Source: Macrostomum lignano (lineage: Eukaryota). Taken from it: a stretch of 64,000 nucleotides of DNA. The stretch is taken from the NCBI GenBank assembly GCA_002269645.1, contig NIVC01001334.1, positions 124,001-188,000 on the forward strand, written 5' to 3'. The notes beneath the pieces are model-generated. The model saw only the letters and a program-made list of their open reading frames with translations. It did not search any database and was not told the DNA's origin. Positions 1 to 16,526 of this stretch are shown here, piece by piece. Each line of letters opens with the position of its first letter. The stretch's first letter is position 1. Made by a program: the position numbers and the translations under genes.

Positions 1-674
1 CTTGGCTATATAGTTTAGTTTATCTTCAGTAGCAGAAGGTCAAAGCAGGTGCTGTTGCAGCAATTGGTTGCAGCCAAGTGTGACCCGGAAAGCAGTCGGC
101 TACGGCAGTTATAACTTCTGCAAAAATGTTGTTTTACACGATAGCTTTTACAGTGAGCAGAGTTTGCCTGCTCCAACAGTTATGGGATCAATTTTTATTG
201 AAAATCCACATCCGGGGACAGAGCAGACGGTTTTATCACTGCCAAATGACTGCCTAATGGATATTTATTGGCCTGTGAGCTGCCCGAACAATTAACTTGT
301 TTTACAAACCGGGGGAGGGCGGGGGCGCTTTGAAGTTTGCGTTGTAAAATTGAAGAGATTTAATTTGACCTCCGATGGGAAAATATTCACGGGTCAGCCT
401 TTAATCCTTACCCTAGTCCTGAGTATTGAGCAATTCATCATTTTGATACGAATAATCTTGCTAGCTTGACTGATTCTTGCCTACCAATACAATCTATATA
501 AGACAGTTCTGAATGATTATTGTGTGTTTGTAGCAGAGAAAGAATTTCTAGCTGCGAATCAGGAAGAGTAGATGGAGTGGGATGAATGAAATGGCTTAAG
601 ATGTGAAAGAGAGGCAGATATGCGCAAGGAGTTTTTATTGGAGCGGCAGCAACCATAAGAGATGCCAATATTCG

Positions 675-1290
675 CTGTCTTGGTTGGCGCCCCTGTCTAT
701 GAGGTGGGCGCCCCTGTCTCTTAGGTGGGCGCCCCTGTCTATGAGGTGGGCGCCCCTGTCTCTTAGGTTGGTGCCCCTGTCTCTTAGGTGGGCGCCCCTG
801 TCTCTTAGGTGGGCGCCCCTGTCTATGAGGTGGGCGCCCCTGTCTCTTAGGTTGGCGCCCCTGTCTCTTAGGTGGGCGCCCCTGTCTCTTAGGTGGGCGC
901 CCCTGTCTCTTAGGTTGGCGCCCCTGTCTCTTAGGTGGGCGCCCCTGTCTCTTAGGTTGGCGCCCCTGTCTCTTAGGTTGGCGCCCCTGTCTCTTTGGTT
1001 GGAGTCCCTGTCTCTTAGGTTGGCGCCCCTGTCTCTTAGGTGGGCGCCCCTGTCTCTTAGGTGGGCGCCCCTGTCTCTTAGGTGGGCGCCCCTGTCTCTT
1101 AGGTGGGCGCCCCTGTCTATGAGGTGGGCGCCCCTGTCTATGAGGTGGGCGCCCCTGTCTATGAGGTGGGCGCCCCTGTCTATGAGGTGGGCGCCCCTGT
1201 CTATGAGGTGGGCGCCCCTGTCTCTTAGGTTGGCGCCCCTGTCTCTTAGGTTGGCGCCCCTGCCTCTTGGTGGTCGCGCCGCCCCCTGTC
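675..1290. repeat. 21-bp minisatellite (GGTGGGCGCCCCTGTCTCTTA), about 29 copies
   Basis: Direct tandem units with point variants (CTATGA vs CTCTTA); 7-aa periodicity in ORFs 438..1355 and 603..1304. Confidence 0.97.
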
Positions 1291-2496
1291 ATCCAGGTCT
1301 CTAAGAGTTGGCGAAAAGTTGAGCTCCTGTCATATTTTTTTTCATTTTTTTTCACTCAGTTTTTTGAGGAGCGCAAGGTTCTTGCGGGGGCGATTGGGGG
1401 GCCAACCCCCCCCCCTGCACCCTCTGCATACGCCACTAGGAGGGATGGAACCACATGCCCAAGCGCTGTCAAGAAGTTCAAAACCGGTTAAGAAACAAAA
1501 AGTTCTCAAACAGACATTTCCAACCCTCCAGCTCAAGGCCCGGCAGTAAATTTAGGGGGTTAGACTCATAAAAGCGTGAGCGGCAGGGGTCCGCGGCACC
1601 CAACACGCAAGCTCATGCTCAACCGGACGGCAGATATGAAACGCATACTCCGAGTAGTTTCTCTTCCACCCCAGCCCTCGCCAAAGCTTTTGAAGCTCCG
1701 TGAATTGCCTATACTGTTCCTTCTAGCGGAACATTTTGCTGCTCGGCGAGCTGCGCCAGAGCCGATCAGATATTGGCGCCAGGGGAGCTGGGGGCAGCAG
1801 TTGGGGTTGGAGGCCAGGGGGAAGCTCCACGGGCCCTGCACCCCAGCACAGCCCCCCTCCCGGCGCGATGCATGGACCCAGGAGGTCTCAGAGCCGGAAC
1901 CTGGAGAGTCAGGGCTCTCCTGACCTCGCGTAAAAAATATACGCGATCTGGAGCGATAGCCTTTGAGTTAGTGTTGATAGGAGTTCGAAAGCTCGAAACT
2001 CGAAAGCTACCTGCAGCAGTCAGCCTATTGAGATTTTACTGAAAATGGCGGACTTCAGCGACGAGTTGGCCAGTCCAGGTTCTGCATCCGGGTCTCCTTG
2101 GCCAAACAGACGGTCGGACGGGCTGGCGGGAGGAGACGCCGGCAGTCTAACAGAGCCAGAGAGGCGCTTTGCCCGGTCATAAGCGCCTCTCTCTCTCTCT
2201 CTGCGCACCCAGCGCTTGTAGTTGCAGATTCTTATCTTCAATGCTGTGCATCGCCCTCCCTCCCTCTCTAACAGTGCGCATGCGGAACCCGGCGCAATGC
2301 ATGAGTAATGAGGGCAGATTGGGGCCGCGACTCAAAGCCCAGCAGCCGCCGCCGCGGCCGCCGCCACTGCTCAAAGCAGTGCCTCAGTGGATGATCTGGA
2401 AATTTTCCTGAGCTCAGAATAAAGGCATGGCGATATCGAAGTACAACTTAGCGAGCTCTCAGGAAGGATGAGAGTTCGAAACTTCTTCCCAAAATA

Positions 2497-3170
2497 GCAC
2501 AAATGAGCTCCGACTCAGCACAAATGATATCCAATTCAGCACAAATGAAATCCAATTCAGCACAAATGAACTCCGACTCAGCACAAATGAGCTCCGACTT
2601 AGCACAAATGAACTCCGACACAGAACAAATGAGCTCCGACTCAGCACAAATGAAATCCAATTCAGCACAAATGAAATCCAATTCAGCACAAATGAACTCC
2701 GACTCAGCACAAATGAGCTCCGACTCAGCACAAATGAAATCCAATTCAGCACAAATGAAATCCAATTCAGCACAAATGAACTCCGACTCAGCACAAATGA
2801 GCTCCGACTCAGCACAAATGAGCTCCGACTCAGCACAAATGAAATCCAATTCAGCACAAATGAAATCCAATTCAGCACAAATGAAATCCAATTCAGCACA
2901 AATGAACTCCGACTCAGCACAAATGAGCTCCGACTCAGCACAAATGAGCTCCGACTCAGCACAAATGAGCTCCGACTCAGCACAAATGAACTCCGACTCA
3001 GCACAAATGAGCTCCGACTCAGCACAAATGAGCTCCGACTCAGCACAAATGAGCTCCGACACAGCACAAATGAGCTCCGACACAGAACAAATGAGCTCCG
3101 ACTCAGCACAAATGAGCTCCGACTCAGCACAAATGAACTCCGACTCAGCATAATTGAGCTCCGACTCAGC
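2497..3170. repeat. 21-bp minisatellite (AGCACAAATGAGCTCCGACTC / AGCACAAATGAAATCCAATTC), about 32 copies
   Basis: Two interspersed unit variants; 7-aa periodic translation (SSDSAQM). Confidence 0.97.
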
Positions 3171-3650
3171 ACTAGACCACCTGCCTCAAGTCAGAAGAAT
3201 GTTCACTCAAAAATTTTCAACAAGCGCACTTTAACGCACCCAAGAAGCCACAGTGGAAAGCGCCATGCGCCAATGCGCTTGGAGAGAATAAAAATGCATT
3301 AAATGGAAATGGCTTGACCGCCCACAGCCTGTAGCGATGAGAAATATTCTCACAAAATTCTCCGACTTAGCCTGAGTTTTCGCGCAACGATTTATTACGA
3401 GCGATATGAAGTTTGAAAAAAACAAACTCAGTTATGAGAAGCATGGTAGAAAACTTTGTAAGAAAATTTTTACAGGAAGACAAAAAACAAGCGATAAAAC
3501 TATTCGAGTTTCGAAAGCAGATTGCACTATTAGAAGATAAAAACCCCCTCAACTGTAATTTTTGCATTTTTGCAAAGCCGACAAAGACAGAAGCGGAGAG
3601 CTGCTCTATTAATTTTTCTTTCCATTTAGGATTTCAAGAGCCGGACCCTC

Positions 3651-3710
3651 AAGCCTTTTATAGCCTCACCAAGCCTTTTATAGCCTCACCAAGCCTTTTA
3701 TAGCCTCACC
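3651..3710. repeat. 20-bp unit x3 (AAGCCTTTTATAGCCTCACC)
   Basis: Three exact copies; the minus strand of each reads GGTGAG, a splice-donor-like word. Confidence 0.9.
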
Positions 3711-3929
3711 ATAGCCACACCCGAATCCCTGAGGACTCATCTACGAAGCGCGAAGTTTCGCACCTGTGTTGCTGGGCGCTCTCGAGCGGCAAACAGCGCA
3801 AACCTGCACAAACAACCATTCATTATAGATTTATTGGCAGGCAATTCTATTGACGAGAAAATGGATGGGGAAAAGAACTGATGAAGACAGAAGCTTTTGG
3901 GCGCACCACCGCCCTCTCATATCCTCAGC

Positions 3930-4512
3930 TGCTGGGCCAGCCTCCCAAATCCAGTTGCTGGGCCAGCCTCCCAGATCCTCAGTTGCTGGGCCAGCCTCTC
4001 AGATCCTCAGTTGCTGGGCCAGCCTCCCAGATCCTCAGTTGCTGGGCCAACCTCCCAGATCCTCAGTTTCTGAGCCAGCTTCCCGGATCCCCAGTTGCTG
4101 GGCCAGCCTCCCAGATCCCCAGTTGCTGAGCCAGCTCCCAGATCCTTAGTTGCTGAGCCGCCAGCCTCCCAGATCCTCAAGTTGCTGAGCCAGCCTCCCG
4201 GATCCTCAGTTGCTGAGCCAGCCTTCCGGATCCCCAGTTGCTGGGCCACCGCCGACCTCCAAGATTCCCGGATCCCCAGTTGCTGGGCCACCGCCGACCT
4301 CCAAGATTCCCGGATCCCCAGTTGCTGGGCCAACACCGACCTCCAAGATTCCCGGATCCCCAGTTGCTGGGCCAACACCGACCTCCAAGATTCCCGGATC
4401 CCCAGTTGCTGGGCCAACACCGACCTCCAAGATTCCCGGATCCCCAGTTGCTGGGCCAGCCTCCCAGATCCCCAGTTGCTGGGCCACCGCCGAGCTCCAA
4501 GATTCCCGGATC
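3930..4512. repeat. 28-bp minisatellite (GGGCCAGCCTCCCAGATCCCCAGTTGCT) grading into a 42-bp derivative
   Basis: 28-bp units at 3930-4230, 42-bp units (GGGCCACCGCCGACCTCCAAGATTCCCGGATCCCCAGTTGCT) at about 4235-4500; same family as 19703-19995. Confidence 0.95.
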
Positions 4513-4526
4513 CCCTATTCGCTCAC

Positions 4527-5255
4527 CTGCAGAGCCCTGGAGACGACGCAGCCCGAGACGCCGCGGCCATCTTCAAGCGGACGCCCCGTGGCGTTGGCGC
4601 CGCCTCTGCAGCCGTTCGCATCGTCGCCGGCAGACCGGACGAAAATTCGCGTCCGATCCGGACAGCGTAGAAGCCGCTGGCCGCCACCGACCGGACAGCT
4701 GGACAGCTGAGGCAGCCGGCTCACCTGCCGAATCAGCGCTGCGCTTGCCGGGGTGGACAGTCAGTATCCGTGATGGAGCGACCCCCTGCTGCCTCCGCTG
4801 TTGACCCTCCTGCGGCCTCCCCTGTTGACCCCCCTGCTGCCTCCCCTGTTGACCCCCTGCTGCCTCCCCTGTTGACCCCCTGCTGCCTCCCCTGTTGACC
4901 CCTGCTGCCTCCCCTGTTGACCCCCCTGCTGCCTCCCCTGTTGACCCCCCTGCTGCCTCCCCTGTTGACCCCCCTGCTGCCTCCCCTGTTGACCCCCTGC
5001 TGCCTCCCCTGTTGACCCCTCCCCGCTGCCTCCCAGTACCTCCAGAACTTGCAGCTCACCTTTATAGTGGTTCAGCTTCTCCAGGTCCACCCGGATGACG
5101 CCCGAATGTCCGTCAGGCAGGCCGGGCTCCAGCCCGTCCGCCCGCAATGCGGAAGCCAGCAGAAGCAAATTCTGCAACAACAGCGGCAGCAACAGCAGGG
5201 GCTGCATCAGTTGAAGCAGACAACTCACTTGAAGTGCGCCAAAGTATGAAGGCAT
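4527..5255 (-). CDS. Gene D: putative secreted Cys-containing protein, possibly SUEL/Gal-lectin-like; 3' end unresolved
   Basis: Phase-consistent exons 5255-5229, 5171-5060, 4738-4527 with GTGAG donors and CAG acceptors give MPSYFGALQNLLLLASALRADGLEPG...YKALIRQVSRLPQLSSCPVGGGQRLLRCPDRTRIFVRSAGDDANGC...GCVVSRALQ. The L.CP..T.I.V.SA...C...C...ALQ pattern resembles EVA-1/SUEL domains. A candidate last exon near 3790 is not confirmed. Confidence 0.5.
4785..5025. repeat. 22-24-bp minisatellite (CCCCCTGCTGCCTCCCCTGTTGAC) in gene D intron
   Basis: About 10 tandem units with variable C-run length. Confidence 0.95.
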
Positions 5256-5620
5256 TCCAGCTGGCCCTGATGACTTAACAGACCAGCTGACCGATTCAAC
5301 CGCTAAATAAAGTCAACCCGATTGCACTGGCAAGGCATTTCTAAACTGGCGTCTCGACCAATAGGAGCTCGTCTGCGAGCTTCCCGCTCTCTGATTGGTT
5401 GAGAATTTTGCCTTCTATTTTTATGGATCCACTTTATTGTGTTTAAAAACTGATTGCATTTGTGAACTTTAAAGACTTGCCGGAGACTTTAACAACGAGT
5501 GATCTTACACAATGCGGAGATTAAAAGATTTTTTAGCTCATAAGATTTGCTTATTTGCCGAAGTTTTGCCAAATCTTGCCAAGACACAAGTGAGCCAACA
5601 TCTACTCGATTCTGGACTTT

Positions 5621-5925
5621 GCCGCTACTTGAGCAGTGCCGCTACTTGAGCAGTGCCGCTACTTGAGCAGTGCCGCTACTTGAGCAGTGCCGCTACTTGA
5701 GCAGTGCCGCTACTTGAGCAGTGCCGCTACATGAGCAGTGCCGCTACTTGAGCAGTGTCGCTACTTGAGCAGTGCCGCTACTTGAGCAGTGCCGCTACTT
5801 GAGCAGTGCCGCTACTTGAGCAGTGCCGCTACTTGAGCAGTGCCGCTACTTGAGCAGTGCCGCTACATGAGCAGTGCCGCTACTTGAGCAGTGCCGCTAC
5901 TTGAGCAGTGCCGCTACTTGAGCGG
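5621..5925. repeat. 17-bp minisatellite (GCCGCTACTTGAGCAGT), about 18 copies
   Basis: Near-perfect tandem units. Confidence 0.97.
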
Positions 5926-6228
5926 AAAAAAATCGGAGCTATCCAATGAAGTTAAAAATTCTAATGTTCTAAAAATGAGACACTTTTATTTTTGAATGAA
6001 GTGTTTTTAACAAGCAAGCAGGGGGCACTTATAAATAATGCAATGGAATCTAGGTCATACAGTGTGCCACTCTGCCTTTTCAGCTGAGAAAGGTGCGCGA
6101 AAAACAGAGAATTGTTATGAAACAGAAGATATTAAATCTACAGAATACAATTTCTGCAACAACCAAAAGAAACTGCCTAGTCCTTGGTATGCATTTTTCT
6201 TGAGTTTTCTCTTCCAGTTGGGACAAAG

Positions 6229-9198
<2,970 letters not shown>

Positions 9199-9463
9199 GC
9201 TGAGACCCGTTTCGTACCTTCTATTATTATACGAGTATTTTTGTTGAGCAGTCGCGCTGATAGCAAATGAGGGACAGGATGTACTTTTTAAAACATTTTC
9301 ATAAAACCAGTCAGCTGCAGCAACTTCCAGAAATTGCTTCGAGTAATTCTAAACTGTCTATGGGCCTGTGACTTTCTTGTGCTTGCTGGCTGTCTTGAAG
9401 AGAAACCCATTAACTCGTACGTGTAAAGCAAATTTAGAAATCATTTATTTCGAAGTGCTGCAA

Positions 9464-10715
9464 ATGCGTGCCACTGCTTTCAATTCCTTTGTTCTCCTGC
9501 CTCTGCTGCTCCTGCTGAGTCGGGGCGGTTCTGCCTGCAAGAGCGGCGGCACTGGTAAGCTGACACAGTCCTTCCTCAGCTTCAGGGCAGCCAACACCTT
9601 GGTTCCACAATCTTAAAACCGCCAAAGTGATGGGCCAGAATCCCAGCCTTGTGAAGCTTTAGGTCAGGGGTCGGCAAACTCCAGCCCTAGGACCACATGC
9701 AGCCCGCTAAGCCTCTCTACTCTGGCCCTCGGAGGGTCCTATATTCTATATATTCCATCTGGCCCTGAAGGATAAAATTTTCCCGACTCCTGCTTAAGGT
9801 GGTATACATCAAATACTATTGGCTTCTTGAGTTGATTTTTTTTTATTTCTGAGTTACATGGGGTGTAAACCGTGGAGAGTGTAATGTATTTGGGTTGAAG
9901 CTACATTTAAATGAAGCTTAAATTAAATTCAAATTCAGCACTCCTAGTCCCCCACGGAGACAAAGCTATGATCCTATCAAACATGAACTATTTTATTTAT
10001 ATACCTAAAGTTCAAGAAGTCCAAAATTCTCAGGCCCCGGATTTCAAAATTAAACTGTGCTCCTGAAGATTCTTTAAAAAATATTGAAAATTCAAATCGT
10101 GCAGCAGCAATCCACCCCGTCCCAATGCTCTCCACAGCAGCCACTGCCGGTAGAACTTCGACCAGAGTCAATCGGCATTCATCTGTGCAGGCCGCGGCGG
10201 CGACTTCCGCGGAAAAAGTGGAGCAACTCGCGACAGAGGACGCTGCCGTGCCCACGGCTCCCGGAACTGCGGGGTCAGGAACGCCTGACGCCGGCAAAGC
10301 GGTTCTATCACGGTAGGAGAGGGAGCTGCTTCTCGGCTCTGACACACCTGGTTCCCGGCTCTGACACACCTGGTTCCTGGCTCTGACACACCTGGTTCCC
10401 GGCTCTGACACACCTGGTTCCCGGCTCTGACACACCTGGTTCCCAGTTCTGACACACCTGGTTCCCGGCTCTGACACCCTAGTTCCCGGCTCTGAAGCAC
10501 ATTACTCCTTGCTCTGACACAGCACTGACTCACCTTTCTGCAGTAGTGAAATTATAACAAAGACTGTTTATTTCAATTTCTGCAGAGAGGCCTTAAAACC
10601 CTCGATGACAAAACCGGAAGATGAACCGAAGCCGAGGCCTCAGTCTGGATCAGGAAAGCAGAAGACGGAAGCCACAGAGACGGTCGCAGTGAAGGCAATC
10701 GCTGGCGCCGCTTAG
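9464..10715 (+). CDS. Gene C: small secreted low-complexity (Ala/Thr/Pro/Ser-rich) protein
   Basis: Exon 9464-9554 (MRATAFNSFVLLPLLLLLSRGGSACKSGGT, phase 1, GTAAG donor), exon 10069 or 10105 to 10312 (both acceptors in frame; phase 2), exon 10586-10715 (TAG). Hydrophobic N-terminus typical of a signal peptide. Confidence 0.72.
9665..9792. mobile_element. hAT-type MITE, 128 bp, in gene C intron 1
   Basis: TIRs CAGGGGTCGGCAAACT ... ATTTTCCCGACTCCTG; 8-bp flanking duplication CTTTAGGT / CTTAAGGT (1 mismatch), the TSD length typical of hAT. Confidence 0.85.
10335..10495. repeat. 22-bp minisatellite (CTCTGACACACCTGGTTCCCGG) in gene C intron 2
   Basis: About 7 tandem units just after the donor. 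Confidence 0.93.
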
Positions 10716-11057
10716 GGGATCGGGGAGAATTTCATTGTGACAATGATAGCATGTTTAGTGATTTCTCCATGAGCATTTCTTTTCTCTTCAGCATGAGTCG
10801 CATGCCCTTTGTTTTTCCGCAGGCACGAGACATTGGCTAGGTTAGCTTAAAACCTTTGCTTTCAAATAATTTTCACCATTTACGGTAAATCAGCATTGAG
10901 CTGAAGAGATTTCTATGAGCGCAGTATCGATACAAAGTTATTTAAAATTTAACAATAAACAAAAAGATTCAAGTGGCTTTTTGAGCTGAAAATCGATTCA
11001 ATTCGAAGCAGACTGGTAATCTGTGTTTGACTCTTCACTATACGATGTGTCACCAGT

Positions 11058-11430
11058 GCTCACTCACTCACTCACTCACTCACTCACTCACTCACTCACT
11101 CACTCACTCACTCACTCACTCACTCACTCACTCACTCACTCACTCACTCACTCACTCACTCACTCACTCACTCACTCACTCACTCACTCAATCACTCACT
11201 CACTCATAAAGTCATGAACTTATGAACGCAAATTCGATGTGTTGCTTTGAAAATGACTTCAGCGAGCATGTCACCAACCTATCAACACCCTGTCACCACC
11301 CTATCAACACCCTGTCACCACCCTGTCACCTCCCTATCACCACCATGTCACCACCCTGTCACCACCCTGTCACCACCCTGTCACCACCCTGTCACCACCC
11401 TGTCACACCCTGTCACCACCCTGTCACCAC
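11058..11430. repeat. (CACT)n microsatellite (11058-11205) plus 11-bp CACCACCCTGT repeat (11270-11430)
   Basis: Directly visible tandem runs. Confidence 0.93.
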
Positions 11431-11745
11431 TCTGTTGCACCGGTTAAAATTATCGGTAGGGGTAGAACAAGTAAGATCAGATACCGGATGTAGGTGCCGG
11501 TAGGGGAGATCAGAAGCCGAATGCAGCAATGGGTTCTACGGTTTCTGTGAGGGATGCTCGAGTGATCATGAGGTCACAGCGTAATGTCTATGGTCCAAAG
11601 TGTCCAGAAAGTCTCTAAAAATTCACCGATATAATGCGATAAAACCAACAGTTTCAAAGCTAAAAGTGCAGCAAAAAATTTGCCCAATAGAAGATGCTTT
11701 CAGAAGTTGAAGCGCTCTAATCAGACTCAGCGGTCGGCCAGTGTG

Positions 11746-13160
<1,415 letters not shown>

Positions 13161-13374
13161 CATTGACCTGGGCTGAGCGCCTCCTGACTTCCTAGCAGCA
13201 CACGTAGCTTTATTTTGAGGATCGTTAACTTACTTTTTGCAGGCAGGTTTGGAAGATAAATACAGTTTTGAGAATATTTTGAGGCTTTTTATTTTTTCAT
13301 CGGGATTTGAGACAAAAATAGCGAAAATGTGTTCAAAGGTGTTTTTTAATTAATTTAGTCTATGGCTAAAAAGT

Positions 13375-13940
13375 GTCCCGCTGGAAAAACTTTAGCTGCG
13401 ACGACAGGATGATGACGAAAAGTCGTCGCTTGTCGTCTCTTGTCGTTACCATATCGTCTCGACTAATCAGAAGCAGCCAGAAAGCAGGCAGCTCTGCGGA
13501 TTCAGAAGCGCGCATTCGCATGATACTACTGACTTAAAGAAAGTAGCGCATAAGTAGCAAAATGTGAGCCTAATTCAATTGACTAAAGCACTAAGAAGTA
13601 ACACAACTTCATCTGGCATAAATTGTTTCATTGTTTCTTATTTATATTCTTATGACTAATTTACCAGTAACAATCATTTCCGGTTCATTTCACGCAAACC
13701 AAATTGACGGTTTTTTTAATTTCATTTTTTCTTAGGTTACAATTCCATACAAATCTTACAATTAATTTGAATTTGCTGCAATTTCTAGTCAAATACAAGC
13801 GAAGCGATTCGATGTACCTGGTATAATACTTAGTAAGGCTTTGTTTGATCGAGTCAAAATCGACAAGGCTGTCGTCTTCTACCCTGTCGTTCTAGTCGTC
13901 ACCATGTCGTCGCTGCAAATTTTTTTAGTGGGGTGACTTG
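13375..13940. mobile_element. Possible old MITE with degenerate terminal inverted repeats
   Basis: CCCGCTGGAAAAACTTTAGCTGCGACGACAGG at about 13378 resembles the reverse complement of CCATGTCGTCGCTGCAAATTTTTTTAGTGGGG at about 13900-13933; AT-rich interior; no TSD seen. Confidence 0.4.
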
Positions 13941-14129
13941 TCAGCAAATTTAAGAGACTACTACAGCTAGGCTTCCTCTGCAGGATTCAGACAAAGCTTT
14001 TTATTTGCTATGGAAAAAGTTAGAAAGTCTATGGAAATTCACTGCTTTTTGTCTGGCAATACTGAAAATTGCCACAATAAATTGTGCGGCTTTATGCGAA
14101 AATACACGAAATCTGGTTAATTTTTGCAG

Positions 14130-14255
14130 CCAAAAATTTTTTGCCACGTTGAAAAACACCTGCAAAACCAAGTGAGTGCCAACTGGAATCATCTTGCCTG
14201 TTTCTAGTTAAAGGATTGGCATGTGAAATTCAGTGAAGGAAGACGAAGAGAAACA

Positions 14256-14299
<44 letters not shown>

Positions 14300-14301
14300 T
14301 A

Positions 14302-14354
<53 letters not shown>

Positions 14355-14419
14355 CTAAGACAGACACTAAGACAGACAGACAGACAGATAGACAGACAGA
14401 CAGAGAGACAGACAGACAA

Positions 14420-14490
<71 letters not shown>

Positions 14491-15935
14491 CTAAGACAGA
14501 CAGACAGACAGACAGACGGAGATATTTAGCACTAACCTTCCCATCTGCAAGGCTCCAACAGAACGAGTCCAGCTGCACCTGCCACCCCGCCCCTCAGTGC
14601 TGAAGGACATTATCCAATTGATCGCCGCCTCGCCGGCAAACCCGCTGCTGCCCAACGCCGAGTCGCTGCTGCTCGGGCAGGACCGGCGCCAGTTCTCAGT
14701 GATCTTCGACCAGCTGGATGCCGACAAGGACAAGAAGTTGAACGCCGCCGAGCTGCGGAGCCTCTTCAGCCTGCTGTTCGGCGACCCGGTGAGCACAGAG
14801 CACCTGTTGCACTTTGAGAATCGCTACCTGCTGCAGTACGGCGAGGACGGCGGCCTGAGCAAGGCGAAGTTCTTCGCCATTCTTGAGGACTACGACGAGT
14901 CGTACGGCTACAACGTTGGAGACGACATCTTTGAGTTCTACAACCACTTTGTCCAGGAGGAGTCGGGTAGAATTTCCCCAAGGGTCCTGTGCCAGGCGAT
15001 CTCGGTGATGCTGCCGCAGGCTGTGAGTGACGCAACTGTATTACACATAGAATTACCTGTTTTGCTCATGGGAATTCGGCGTATTCGACCGCAGCACATG
15101 TCTCATGAGCTTTACACTATCAGTTCTTAACGTTTTTAACTTACGTCACAGAATTCACTAACCGTTTGGTCAGTGTTGTCTCCGCATGCACATCAAACAG
15201 AATTCACTAACCGTTTGGTCAGTGTTGTCTCCGCATGCACATCAAACAGAATTCACTAACCGTTTGGTCAGTGTTGTCTCCGCATGCACATCAAACAGAA
15301 TTCACTAACCGTTTGGTCAGTGTTGTCTCCGCATGCGCATCAAACAGAATTCACTAACCGTTTGGTCAGTGTTGTCTCCGCATGCACATCAAACAGAATT
15401 CACTAACCGTTTGGTCAGTGTTGTCTCCGCATGCACATCAAACAGAATTCACTAATCGTTTGGTCAGTGTTGTCTCCGCATGCACATCAAACAGAATTCA
15501 CTAACCGTTTGGTCAGTGTTGTCTCCGCATGCACATCAAACAGAATTCACTATCCGTTAACACGCATCGCCCGCATTCGCTGGCCCGCAGTGCCGCAGGG
15601 ACATGAGCTTCCTGCTAGCCAGGCTGACAAACGCCTCAAAAACTGGCAGCGAGATCAATTACGAAACCTTCCGCAACGTCATCACGGACTTGTTCAGCAT
15701 CAACATGCAACTTCTGGCCAGGAGCAGCGCCAGCAGCTCAACGGATGAAGGCTCAAGCGTCAAGCACCCATTGTACCAGGAGATGCTGGCGCAGCGGGTG
15801 GCCAGCTTCCAGGCTGACAGACGCGACGCGGGCTCGCTCCGCTGCTTGCTGGAGAAAGTGGCCGAAGAGCTGATGGCGATGTCGAACGAGGAGGATCCGT
15901 ATAATGCTAGGGGAGGATCGGGAAGGCAGCCGTGA
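14130..15935 (+). CDS. Calmodulin/centrin-like EF-hand protein; start codon not located
   Basis: Exons 14552-15022 and 15591-15935 join in phase 0, with a probable 42-nt exon 14130-14171. Canonical loop [17 protein letters not shown] plus degenerate hands ([36 protein letters not shown]). Confidence 0.8.
14257..14517. repeat. (GACA)n microsatellite, intronic
   Basis: Direct run ending about 35 nt before the acceptor at 14551. Confidence 0.97.
15149..15552. repeat. 49-bp minisatellite (CAGAATTCACTAACCGTTTGGTCAGTGTTGTCTCCGCATGCACATCAAA), about 8 copies
   Basis: Period 49 measured (15149 to 15198); lies in the EF-hand gene intron. Confidence 0.97.
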
Positions 15936-16526
15936 CAACTGGACAATGCAGCAATTTTGATATACATCGTACAAGTGTTTGTTTCCGGGACCCAAGCTAT
16001 GCACGTATGAAATTTAATACATGTAATTGAACCCCTCCCCCCAATCTACATAATCTAATTACCTCAAACTTTTTCCAACAGGTGTTCCGATAGCAAGCTT
16101 TTGGGAACCGAAGCACCCATTTAAGTTTCTAGCTGATTTTATAACGATAATCTGAATTCGTCTCCCCCAAACACGGAAGGAGAGCGGGAAAGTACATTTA
16201 GGACTTGTAACAGGGTTTAATTAGGATAGGAAATTAAAGCACCCTTGAAACACCTTATTTTAAAAGCATTTCATTAATAAATATTCAATGCTATACTAAA
16301 TATTCGAACAACTTTTTCCACCTAAGCCGTCGTCATCCTTTTGACAGCTAAAATGACGAGTTTACATTGAAACACGCTAGACCGCCATTGTAGAACTCAA
16401 AACTACGGATCGGAAAACCAACACCCGAATAAATGATCATAGCCACTGTTTAGTGCTTCCTTAATCGATAACCAGCATCTGGAATTTGTTTGCAGAAAAA
16501 TTTGAGCTCGTTAAGACTGGACTTGA

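Noticed and set aside
438-1355. 305-aa and 233-aa repetitive ORFs
   Set aside because: Read-through of a 21-bp minisatellite, open on both strands; no domain.
1570-3600. Coding-like pieces (MADFSDELASPG at 2045, Ala-rich 2330-2430, Lys-rich 3400-3540)
   Set aside because: Could not be joined in consistent phases and no family recognised; may be a decayed gene or transposon.
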